Positions 10,131-18,406 of a stretch of DNA of 64,000 nucleotides are shown here, in pieces. The stretch's first letter is position 1; each line of letters begins with the position of its first letter. Under the pieces are notes generated by a model. That model was not told the DNA's origin, did no database searches, and saw only the letters and a program-made list of their open reading frames with translations. Made by a program: the position numbers and the translations under genes. This DNA comes from Candidatus Methanomethylicia archaeon (GTDB lineage Archaea; Thermoproteota; Methanomethylicia; Nezhaarchaeales; B40-G2): assembly GCA_029259155.1 (NCBI GenBank), contig JAPDJI010000017.1:1-64000 (forward strand). Reading direction: 5' to 3'.

Positions 10131-10496
10131 GTGATTTACATGAAAGTCGAGAGGCTTAAAGGCATAGAGTCCTTGAAGGTAGCTTCGCTAAACGACCTAG
10201 CTAGGTTCGCCGCTAGCATGGTGGCGCTAGGCCAGCCGGTTTACGTCATCCACTTTCAGGATGGCGGCAAACACATCTATGGGGTCTTTGCGGTTTACCA
10301 CGACTACTACGACCTCTACGGTATACCGCTGTTCTACTACTATGAAAGCGACTCTGAGCTGGATGGGAGATACATCTTGGTTAAGGCTGAAGAGCCTAAG
10401 GAAACCATTCAGATCTCAAACGGGACTAGGCCTGGGTGGCTCACAGTGCCCATCATCAACTTGAAGGAGAAGCCCGTGTTCATAGACCTAGCTTAG
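10131..10496 (+). CDS. Conserved crenarchaeal-type hypothetical protein
   Basis: SLNDLARFAAS, YY..YG.P.FYY, VPIINL pattern. Confidence 0.6.
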   Translation: MIYMKVERLKGIESLKVASLNDLARFAASMVALGQPVYVIHFQDGGKHIYGVFAVYHDYYDLYGIPLFYYYESDSELDGRYILVKAEEPKETIQISNGTRPGWLTVPIINLKEKPVFIDLA

Positions 10497-10505
10497 CTTT
10501 TATAG

Positions 10506-10886
10506 CTATAGGCTAGCTACGACCTCCGCTAAGATAGGTGTGCCTGCCTTAACTTTAACGAGCAGCTCTAGGTTACCTGTTATTTTACCGAGCAAACTGA
10601 GGTCGTAGTTAAACTTCATCTTCTTATAAAATACGCAGACTGCTTTAGCCTGAGGCCAATAAGCCAGCGACCCCTCCTCCATCTCTCTTCTAGGCTTCTC
10701 CACCCCCATGGATAAAGGTACTTGAAAGTAAACGTATCCTTGTCCTGGGTAAACCCGACTCCTTACAGGCATGGACTTAGCTAGAGCTTCTACGGTTCTA
10801 GGTGCATATATCCTGATAAGCTCTGCCTCGGCGTCTCCTAGGCCTTCAAGCTCCAACCTAACCTTGTAGGCTGTCAGCGCTGGCAC
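10506..10886 (-). CDS. Cyclophilin-like fold protein (DUF369)
   Basis: APRTVEAL...P, YF..P...G.EK, G.LAYWP..A.CVF, LGKI. Confidence 0.75.
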   Translation of the reverse strand: MPALTAYKVRLELEGLGDAEAELIRIYAPRTVEALAKSMPVRSRVYPGQGYVYFQVPLSMGVEKPRREMEEGSLAYWPQAKAVCVFYKKMKFNYDLSLLGKITGNLELLVKVKAGTPILAEVVASL

Positions 10887-10981
10887 GAATGCTTAACTAA
10901 CTAGGGCTTAAATCAAGGTTTCTCTCTGGTCGTCGAAGGGTTAAGGTTAAATGTGCGAGGTGTGCTCGATTAACGAGTTAC

Positions 10982-11611
10982 ATGGTTGGCTGTAAACTTT
11001 GTGGTAAGGAAGTGGAGGAGGATCTTTGCGAAGAGTGTTTAGAGAAGCTAAGCAGTACTAAGTGTATATTTTGCGGTGAACCGTTAATAGATTTGGAGGT
11101 TGAAGAAGGTTTTTTCAGACATAAATGCGGCATGAGGTTTTCCATAGAGTTCCTAGGCCTAGCTCTTGAGCTGGGCTTGGAGGAGGCGCTTAAGCTTGTA
11201 TGTGACGAGTATGACTGTGACGGCGAACTTGAAGAATGTGCTTCCACTTGTGAGCGGCTGCGGGAATTTGTCGCGTCTTCTCCTTCTAAGATAAGGCCCA
11301 TCTTGGAGCCTGTATTGAAGGATTCAGGGATGTACGTGGAGTATGGCTGGAAGACTTGCCTCGTAAAGGACGATGGAGGGCTGCTAGTGGTGTTGATAGA
11401 CCAACATAACCCAGCTTACTTGTCAGAGGGGCCTTCATCCATAGTGGTTGAAGGCCCTGATAAGGCTACCATTATAGGTTCAAAGCCCACTGAACGCCAG
11501 GTAGAGTTGTTAGGCCCCCTAGAGGAGGCCCTTAAGCAACATGGCTACGTAGATCTACTAAAGGTATTTGTAGAGCTGCCTGGCGAGATGGGTACCGTGG
11601 AGGCTCCATAA
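10982..11611 (+). CDS. Cys-rich putative zinc-finger protein
   Basis: CKLC, CEEC, CIFC, HKC, CDEYDC and CASTC motifs. Confidence 0.55.
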   Translation: MVGCKLCGKEVEEDLCEECLEKLSSTKCIFCGEPLIDLEVEEGFFRHKCGMRFSIEFLGLALELGLEEALKLVCDEYDCDGELEECASTCERLREFVASSPSKIRPILEPVLKDSGMYVEYGWKTCLVKDDGGLLVVLIDQHNPAYLSEGPSSIVVEGPDKATIIGSKPTERQVELLGPLEEALKQHGYVDLLKVFVELPGEMGTVEAP

Positions 11612-12855
11612 GGTACGATAACTGTCTTCTCTTTCCGCTGCTCTAAGATCTCGTCGAGGTTTCTAGCAAACTCTATTTCTGCTTTATGTAGGAAGGCTTC
11701 AACCTCAGCGGGGGCTTCAGGCGCTACTACTGAGAGCTCGGTGTGTCGACTATCCATCGCCATCCTGGCTATCTTCTGAAACACTTCATTGAACTCTCCT
11801 GCCTCCATCCTCCTCTTTAGGTCTCTCAGCACTTCTCCCGGTTCGACGCCAACGTAGCGTAGGTATTCTTTAGTGAACTCCTCGTTCCCTATCCCCTCCT
11901 TGAGTGAGGCGATCAGTATTACCTTTGCTTTACTTTTTCCCATGTAAGCTACGTTGCAGGCGTGGTGGTAAGCCTTTAACGCTTGGAAGAGCGTCCTACC
12001 TAATGGTCCTTCAGCCACCGTAAGCACTAAGCTGGCTGGCTCGCTCTCTACTACGTAGACCTCTCGGCTTCTAGTAGCAGCTGCTCTATGTGTTTGACAA
12101 GGCTCCCCGTAGAAGGCTTCTATGAGTCTTCCTTCAGGATCGATCACGAAGTCCAGCGACCTATACTTTATCTTATCACCTAACATTTTCCCAGCCTCAT
12201 TCATGTCTTCCCTTACAGGGTTTCCATCGATTAGCAGCTCTCTAGCCATAGGGTTGCCCACAGCATAGGAATGATTACGCCGGATGGAGGCTAAGCTGCA
12301 GCATCCAGGTAAAATAGCCTTAGCTCCTCCCTCCCAGCCTGCAAAGTAATGAGGCCTTACGCAGAGCGTGGATACGATGAGGTCTACGTCCAACAGCTCT
12401 TTATTTACTTCAACGGGTGTTCCTCGAAGAGTATAACCTATCAATTTAAACTTGGAAGGGTGGGCCTTAGCCCACGAATGTCTAAACCTAGACCAACCTT
12501 GCTCAAGTAGGTTTCCAGTAGACTTTTGAAGCTGACTTAAGGTAGGAGGAGGATGAGTGCCTCCGGCCACCACTACAACCACATCTCTCGTCAACTTTTC
12601 TAAGTTTTCCAGTAGAAGAGGTAGGAAAGGGCTTGGGGGCCTGGTATGGTCAGGTATTATTATGGCGGCTCTTTCAACACGCTCCTTACTAAGAGGTGGA
12701 GACCCTAAGGGGGCGCTTAGTGCTTTTCTAAATAGGTTCTCAACGCTCTGCCCTGCTACTCCTTTATTGGGTATTAGCCACTTAACTTCCTTCTCTTTAA
12801 GCTTAAACGACTCGACGTATCCACCTTCATAGTAAAGCCTTACTCCTTGCACCAA
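11545..12855 (-). CDS. LarA (lactate racemase/DUF2088) family protein
   Basis: PDHTRP, AGGTH, GTPVEVN, PHYFAGWEGGAKAILPG, GNPVREDM. Confidence 0.8.
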   Translation of the reverse strand: MVQGVRLYYEGGYVESFKLKEKEVKWLIPNKGVAGQSVENLFRKALSAPLGSPPLSKERVERAAIIIPDHTRPPSPFLPLLLENLEKLTRDVVVVVAGGTHPPPTLSQLQKSTGNLLEQGWSRFRHSWAKAHPSKFKLIGYTLRGTPVEVNKELLDVDLIVSTLCVRPHYFAGWEGGAKAILPGCCSLASIRRNHSYAVGNPMARELLIDGNPVREDMNEAGKMLGDKIKYRSLDFVIDPEGRLIEAFYGEPCQTHRAAATRSREVYVVESEPASLVLTVAEGPLGRTLFQALKAYHHACNVAYMGKSKAKVILIASLKEGIGNEEFTKEYLRYVGVEPGEVLRDLKRRMEAGEFNEVFQKIARMAMDSRHTELSVVAPEAPAEVEAFLHKAEIEFARNLDEILEQRKEKTVIVPYGASTVPISPGSSTNTFSRST

Positions 12856-12921
12856 GCATATTACCCTGGACGTCTCATTACGCGTCGGTGTAGATAAACT
12901 TAGACCTGATCGGCGGTTTTC

Positions 12922-13782
12922 ATGGGTCGACGCAGCAACCCAATGGTTAAGGCGGCTATGAAAGCTTACCCTTCAAGCTTAGCTGGGGAGGTGGTTAAGA
13001 GCTTCGACGTAGTAGGCGATGTAGCGGTGATCAAGGTCCCCCCCAAGTTGATGGATGGCAGGTTTAGATTAGCTGAGGCTCTCCTAGAAGAGCTTCCTAA
13101 CGTTAAGGTTGTGCTTAGGCAAACATCTCCTCATCTAGGCGACTATAGGGTTAGAGGAGTAGAATGGCTTGCAGGTGAGCGTAGGACAACCACGATATAT
13201 AGTGAACATGGATGCAGGTTTAAGGTAGACCTAGCCAAAGTATACTTTTCACCTAGGCTTTCCTATGAGAGGATGAGGGTGGCTGGCCTCGTCGAGGAGG
13301 AGGAAGAAGTGTTCAACATGTTCGCGGGGGTAGGTTGCTTCTCGGTGATGATAGCTAAGCATAGAGGAGCTACCGTGTACTCTGTCGATATAAACCCTGA
13401 CGCAGCGAAGTACATGCATCTAAACGTTAAGTTGAACAAGGTTCACGGCAAGGTCCACGTACTGCTCGGAGACTCAAGGTTCATTGCCCTTTCAAGCCTA
13501 AAGGGGAGGATGGATAGAGTCCTCATGCCTCTACCCCTCAGGGCCTATGATTACCTGGACGCAGCTGTCCAGGCCCTTAAGAGGAGAGGCTTTATCCATT
13601 ACTATGACGTGGAGGAAGCGAAAACAAAGAGGGATGCTCTCAGTAAGGTTGAGTTGAAGGTCGCCCGTAGGCTCAGGGATTTAAAGGTTGGTTTTAAGAT
13701 ATCATCGAGCAGGGTGGTTAGAGAAGTGGGGCCTAGAGCTTTTCAAGTGGTATTAGACTTAGAGGTGGAGAAGCTAGTGTAA
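12922..13782 (+). CDS. Trm5/TYW2 (Met-10+) family SAM-dependent tRNA-modifying enzyme
   Basis: FDVVGDVA, EHGCRFKVD..KVYFSPRLSYER, MFAGVG, DINP, DRVLMPLP. Confidence 0.85.
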   Translation: MGRRSNPMVKAAMKAYPSSLAGEVVKSFDVVGDVAVIKVPPKLMDGRFRLAEALLEELPNVKVVLRQTSPHLGDYRVRGVEWLAGERRTTTIYSEHGCRFKVDLAKVYFSPRLSYERMRVAGLVEEEEEVFNMFAGVGCFSVMIAKHRGATVYSVDINPDAAKYMHLNVKLNKVHGKVHVLLGDSRFIALSSLKGRMDRVLMPLPLRAYDYLDAAVQALKRRGFIHYYDVEEAKTKRDALSKVELKVARRLRDLKVGFKISSSRVVREVGPRAFQVVLDLEVEKLV

Positions 13783-13818
13783 TAAGAGGCTGTAGGGTAA
13801 AGGTAGTGAGGGCCAACG

Positions 13819-14418
13819 TTGTCTTTGGATGTACCTATAGGAGAGGAGCTTAAGAAGCTTAGGAGAGCAGCTGGATTAACTCAACGTGAGCTCGCTAAGC
13901 TGGCGGGCGTTAGCCAGTCGCTAATAGCTAGGATAGAGTCGGGGACGGTCGACCCTAGAGCTTCCACGCTGAGAAGAATCTTGAAAGCTATTCAAAGTGT
14001 GGAGAGGGATTGGAAGGTGGTTAATGTAATGCACAGCCCCGTCATCACGTTGGAGCTCTCAGAGCCTGTGAGGAAGGCGGTCGAAGTGATGGAGAAAGAG
14101 GGCATCTCGCAAATCCCGGTGGTGAGGGATGGTAAGGTGGTGGGCTGCGTCCATGAAGCTAGCTTGTTGAAAGCGCTGCGTCGGAGCCGAGATCCTAAAG
14201 CTTTACTGGAGATGAGCGTGGAGGAGGTTATGGAGGAGGCTTTACCCATGCTGAGTCCTTCTAGCAGCGTTGATGAGGCTTACTCCCTGCTTCTTAGCGG
14301 TAAGCCAGCAGTACTCGTGGTGGATGGTGGACAGGTCGTGGGCATCGTGACGAAGATAGACGTCGTGGCCAAGATGGCTAAGAGCTTCGGCCCTCAACGA
14401 TCATCCTCCACAAGTTGA
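13819..14418 (+). CDS. XRE-HTH plus CBS-pair transcriptional regulator
   Basis: GLTQRELAKLAGVSQSLIARIESG followed by two CBS domains (ISQIPVV, VGIVTKID). Confidence 0.9.
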   Translation: MSLDVPIGEELKKLRRAAGLTQRELAKLAGVSQSLIARIESGTVDPRASTLRRILKAIQSVERDWKVVNVMHSPVITLELSEPVRKAVEVMEKEGISQIPVVRDGKVVGCVHEASLLKALRRSRDPKALLEMSVEEVMEEALPMLSPSSSVDEAYSLLLSGKPAVLVVDGGQVVGIVTKIDVVAKMAKSFGPQRSSSTS

Positions 14419-14839
14419 CTACGAGGGGAAGCCTGTTCTTGACGCTTTCACCAACCCCTACTCCTCTACATGTAGAGTCTATGTAAACGTAAAACTTTGA
14501 GCCATCTTTATCAATGTAGAGCGCCTCTTCTCCGCTGCCTAGGTCTCTACGCGATACGTGGAAGGGGTACATCCTGCATACGTAGGGCCTCTCAAAGTAG
14601 ATGGTGCAGTAACACCCGTCTTCATTCTCCTCCAGGAAGATGCAGGAGCCGTCGACCTTGCAGGGCATCACGTACTTCACCCCCTTCTGGACGACAAAGA
14701 TCCCATACTTACGGGTGAGGTTGAAGGCCTCCCCCGGCGTCAAGGTTACAAGGAACCTTTTGCAACAGTCTCCACACCTTAAACATGTCCATCTGCTCAC
14801 TTGCCTCCAAGGTACATACTTGTGGCTGCGCGCTAGCAA
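14378..14839 (-). CDS. YkgJ/UPF0153 cysteine-cluster protein
   Basis: CLRCGDCC, CIFL, CTIY..RP.VCRMYPF. Confidence 0.85.
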   Translation of the reverse strand: MLARSHKYVPWRQVSRWTCLRCGDCCKRFLVTLTPGEAFNLTRKYGIFVVQKGVKYVMPCKVDGSCIFLEENEDGCYCTIYFERPYVCRMYPFHVSRRDLGSGEEALYIDKDGSKFYVYIDSTCRGVGVGESVKNRLPLVVNLWRMIVEGRSS

Positions 14840-15022
14840 AGCTGCGAGCGGCCCCCCGCGGGTTAACTACGAGTTAAGAGAGATCGATCCGAACTTAAAA
14901 TTAGTTACTCGCCTCCAAGGTTCAGCCTCAGTGCTCTATGCCTAGTGCCTCACCATGCCTAAGCATTGTTTAAGGTTTTCCCTGCTGTGTAGGTTACCTT
15001 TATAAGGACTCAACCATTTCAT

Positions 15023-15730
15023 GTGGGGGTTTGCTTGCCTCCACCAGCCTACAGGGAGAGGGTAGAGGCTTGCAATGAAGTCTTGGCTAAGGTACTGGCG
15101 GGTAGGCTTAACCGCCGAGAAGAGGTAGTAGAGCTGCTTAGAGAGAGCTACGAGAAGAGGGGGATTGAGCCTCTTAGAGGCTGGTCGGCTCGCAACCTCT
15201 ACGATAAGGAGATGGCTGTTCTATACGCCTTAAGCAAGTATGGGCTAGGGCTTTCATGGGAGGACTATCCTCAGCTTTTAGAGGTTTTCGGGAGGGAGGA
15301 AGCCTATGAGAAGGCTTATAGGGATATCTTGGCGGGTGTTCATCCGCAGGCTGCAGTTAAGAGGAACGTGGGAGAGTTTACTCAAGAGGCGCTGTTTAGG
15401 GTCTTGAGAATGGCGGTGTCGCTGGTGGTTTTAGGCTTTGAGCCTGAGGATAACTTAGCTAAGGTTTTTCACGAGTCGCTTAGACACCTAGCATTTTTTA
15501 GACGTAACTTCTTCACCTTCATGAGGTTTTACGTGGCTCTACGCACAGCTGAACGCATCGCTAATGGAGAAATTAAGACGAGGGGGGAAAAGGAGGCCTT
15601 CAAGCTCTCGCTCTGTTTAAGAATGGGGGCTTCGAACATGGCTCCTCCTGACGAGTTGATAAAGCTCGTTTCTAGGTCTGTGTTTAAAGTAGGTGGACGT
15701 AGGCTTTCAAGGATCTTCAGCTCCTCTTGA
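15023..15730 (+). CDS. DUF2192 family crenarchaeal protein
   Basis: GIEPLRG, YDKEMA.LY...KYGLGL, FYVALRTAE.IA.GEI. Confidence 0.7.
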   Translation: MGVCLPPPAYRERVEACNEVLAKVLAGRLNRREEVVELLRESYEKRGIEPLRGWSARNLYDKEMAVLYALSKYGLGLSWEDYPQLLEVFGREEAYEKAYRDILAGVHPQAAVKRNVGEFTQEALFRVLRMAVSLVVLGFEPEDNLAKVFHESLRHLAFFRRNFFTFMRFYVALRTAERIANGEIKTRGEKEAFKLSLCLRMGASNMAPPDELIKLVSRSVFKVGGRRLSRIFSSS

Positions 15731-16396
15731 GGATAGAGAGGAGGTTAAGCTCATCCAAGTCTTCCTCACCCTGCTCATTAAGTGTACGTATGGAGGTGAG
15801 AGGCGCCCCTCCACCCAGACCTCACCTTTAAGGATGGCTTCCCTTACATCTTCTGGCCTTTCAGCCTCGTCCATTAATGTGAAGGCTCTGCCCAGCTCTA
15901 AGGCAAAGTGAGCATCGCTACCACCTGTAGTTGGTTTGCCTAGAGCCTTGGCAAGCTCCACTGCTCTAAGGTTGGAGTAGTTGGAGAGGCAGCGAGAATT
16001 GAAACCTTCGATAGCATCCACCTTCCTAGCCACCTCCTCCGCCTTCTTCATGGTCGCTCTCCTAGCATGGTCGAAGGGGTGGGGTAGTATTACGAGGCCT
16101 CCTAGCTCTCTAGCCTTCTCGATCACCTCTAGGGGCTCTCCCGGCTTGACCTCGTCCTCCACGAAGAGGACCAAGAGATCTCCGCGGCTGGTCTTGACCT
16201 CAGCTCCTGGAATAGCTATGAATCCTGGTGGGCTAACTTCCTTGACCTTCAGGCCTCCCTTAACCGTGCCGTGGTCGGTTACGGCGACGCCAGCTAGGCC
16301 TTTCCTTACAGAGATTTCCACGATGTCCTTCGGCGCTAAGCCGGCATCCCTAGAGTAGATGGAGTGGACGTGTAGGTCTAGTTTAATGGTCACCAC
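15707..16396 (-). CDS. PHP-domain metal-dependent phosphoesterase
   Basis: DLHVHS..S.D, AVTDH, HPF, GGSDAH. Confidence 0.9.
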   Translation of the reverse strand: MVTIKLDLHVHSIYSRDAGLAPKDIVEISVRKGLAGVAVTDHGTVKGGLKVKEVSPPGFIAIPGAEVKTSRGDLLVLFVEDEVKPGEPLEVIEKARELGGLVILPHPFDHARRATMKKAEEVARKVDAIEGFNSRCLSNYSNLRAVELAKALGKPTTGGSDAHFALELGRAFTLMDEAERPEDVREAILKGEVWVEGRLSPPYVHLMSRVRKTWMSLTSSLSSRGAEDP

Positions 16397-16478
16397 TTAA
16401 GCCTCCGAGGAGTTGGAGGAGGGGTTACCTCTCAAACTTAAATATATATCTCCCTACGTGCAGCTTAGGGGTTAAGGA

Positions 16479-17759
16479 GTGTCTCCTTCAACTAAGACTT
16501 CCAGGCTGCCAGGTTTCCATAAACTACCACTCCCTCAGAGGCTGGAGATAGTTAAGGAGTTTGCCGGCTTATCTGATGAGGAGGTTAAGCTGCTAATTGC
16601 TGAGGCAGGGCTTAAACTTGAAGTTGCGGATAGGATGGTGGAGAACGTAATAGGCCTCATGCCGCTACCCCTCGGAGTAGCGGTAAACTTCTTGATCAAC
16701 GGCAAGGACTTCCTCGTACCCATGTGTATAGAGGAGCCCTCTGTGATAGCTGCTGCCAGCAACGCTGCTAGGATGGCTAGGGTTAAAGGAGGATTTAAGG
16801 CAGGCTCCACCGCCCCCGTCATGATCGGGCAGATACAGGTAGTGGACTTACCTAATCCCTTTGAAGCTATGTTACGGGTCCTTAGAGCTAGGGAGGAGGT
16901 CCTTGAGGCTGTTAACCGAAAAGACCCTGTCCTCGTTAAGTTAGGTGGTGGGGCGAGGGACCTTACGGCTAAGGTGCTGGATACTGTTGCTGGCTACATG
17001 TTAATCGTCGAGCTCCACGTTGACGTGAGGGACGCCATGGGGGCTAACGTCGTTAATACCATGTGTGAAGCTGCTGCCCCCTTAATCGAGGACTTAACTG
17101 GAGGTAAAGTGCTTCTACGTATCTTAACAAATTTGGCCACGGAGAGGCTGGCATGGGCAGAAGCCGTATTTGATAAAGAGGTGATAGGAGGCCCCGAAGT
17201 GGTGGAAGCCGTGTTGAAAGCCCATGCCTTCGCCCTAGCTGACCCTTATAGGGCAGCTACACACAATAAAGGCATCATGAATGGGATAGTAGCGGTGGCT
17301 CTAGCTACGGGTAACGATACAAGGGCGCTTGAAGCTGGAGCACACGCTTACGCCGCGCGTACGGGGCGCTATCAGCCCTTAACTCATTGGTGGAGGACAG
17401 CGGAAGGAGACTTAGCTGGAAGAATAGAGCTGCCACTGGCGGTAGGCGTAGTAGGCGGTGCAACTGGAGTGCACCCTATAGCCAAGATAGCAAGGAAAAT
17501 ACTTGGAGTAACCACAGCACAGGAGCTAGCTGAGGTCATGGCTTCCGTCGGCCTAGCGCAAAACTTCGCTGCTCTAAGAGCCTTAGCCACCGAAGGCATA
17601 CAGCGTGGCCACATGAAACTACACGCAAGAAACCTAGCCATCGCTGCAGGCGCCACAGGTGAACTCATAGACCTCGTTGCTCGGAGGATGGTGGAGGAAG
17701 GCAACATAAGGCTAGACCGCGCCCGAGAGATACTCGAAGACCTTAAAACCAAGGCTTAG
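16479..17759 (+). CDS. mvaA: HMG-CoA reductase, class II
   Basis: ENVIG, EEPSVIAA, DAMGAN, THNKGIMNG, GLAQNFAALRAL.TEGIQRGHMKLH. Confidence 0.92.
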   Translation: MSPSTKTSRLPGFHKLPLPQRLEIVKEFAGLSDEEVKLLIAEAGLKLEVADRMVENVIGLMPLPLGVAVNFLINGKDFLVPMCIEEPSVIAAASNAARMARVKGGFKAGSTAPVMIGQIQVVDLPNPFEAMLRVLRAREEVLEAVNRKDPVLVKLGGGARDLTAKVLDTVAGYMLIVELHVDVRDAMGANVVNTMCEAAAPLIEDLTGGKVLLRILTNLATERLAWAEAVFDKEVIGGPEVVEAVLKAHAFALADPYRAATHNKGIMNGIVAVALATGNDTRALEAGAHAYAARTGRYQPLTHWWRTAEGDLAGRIELPLAVGVVGGATGVHPIAKIARKILGVTTAQELAEVMASVGLAQNFAALRALATEGIQRGHMKLHARNLAIAAGATGELIDLVARRMVEEGNIRLDRAREILEDLKTKA

Positions 17760-17943
17760 TCGCTTCCATCCACCTCAAGACCACCCATTTAAAATTTAAA
17801 TAAGCTAGTAAAAAATGATGATGTGTCAACCCGCCATAAATTAAAAGAGCTTCTAAAGCCACAAAACTACGATTTAAAGTAACAAAGCCCAAGAACTAAG
17901 TAAAACAAATAAAAACTAAATCATTTCTAAATGAGAAACCTTC

Positions 17944-18006
17944 AAAAAAAGCTTATTTCCAAGAAAAAACCCTAAAAAACGTTAAAAAACAGAAAAAAGA
18001 GAAAAA
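17944..18006. repeat. Helically phased A-tracts
   Basis: A5-A7 runs start at 17944, 17964, 17974, 17984, 17993 and 18002. Confidence 0.75.
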
Positions 18007-18069
18007 TTCTATGTAATTTTTCTTCAAATTATTTTCAGTCTATCCTTCTTTAACCAACCATATACTTAA

Positions 18070-18083
18070 CGAAATGCTTATAT
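18070..18083 (+). promoter_or_regulatory. BRE/TATA promoter of cren7
   Basis: CGAAATGC followed by TTATAT; GAGGTGA RBS at 18110-18116. Confidence 0.6.
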
Positions 18084-18123
18084 CATACGAAGGTCGAAAA
18101 ACCATCACAGAGGTGAAACACGC

Positions 18124-18264
18124 ATGCCCAAGTGTCCAAAATGTGGAGCTGATGTAGCCACTCCAACCAAGAAATGGACCCTAGCACCCAAAGGCCGCAA
18201 GCCAGTCACAATAGGCCTATTCAAGTGTCCTAATGGGCATTTCTTTAGAGCAGGCGTTAAGTAG
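18124..18264 (+). CDS. cren7: Cren7-like chromatin protein, zinc-ribbon variant (46 aa, absent from ORF track)
   Basis: Hand translation [46 protein letters not shown]; W-x-LAPKGRK-x-V-x-IGLFK..G..FR is the Cren7 core; RBS, TATA and T7 terminator all present. Confidence 0.88.
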   Translation: MPKCPKCGADVATPTKKWTLAPKGRKPVTIGLFKCPNGHFFRAGVK

Positions 18265-18282
18265 GATTAACTTACCATACAT

Positions 18283-18292
18283 CCCTTTTTTT
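18283..18292 (+). terminator. Oligo-T terminator of cren7
   Basis: CCCTTTTTTT about 20 nt after the stop codon. Confidence 0.6.
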
Positions 18293-18406
18293 ATGGATTT
18301 ACATGAGGCCTGAAGCAGCAGGTAGCCTAAACCACGCGTGGAGTGTCCTTCGACACTACAGGCCTCTACCAACGCCTCAACGCAGAGATGTCTAAGGAGC
18401 TGTTCC

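Noticed and set aside
17760-18070. Replication origin
   Set aside because: AT-rich, but no ORB-like repeats and no cdc6/orc1 or whiP gene nearby
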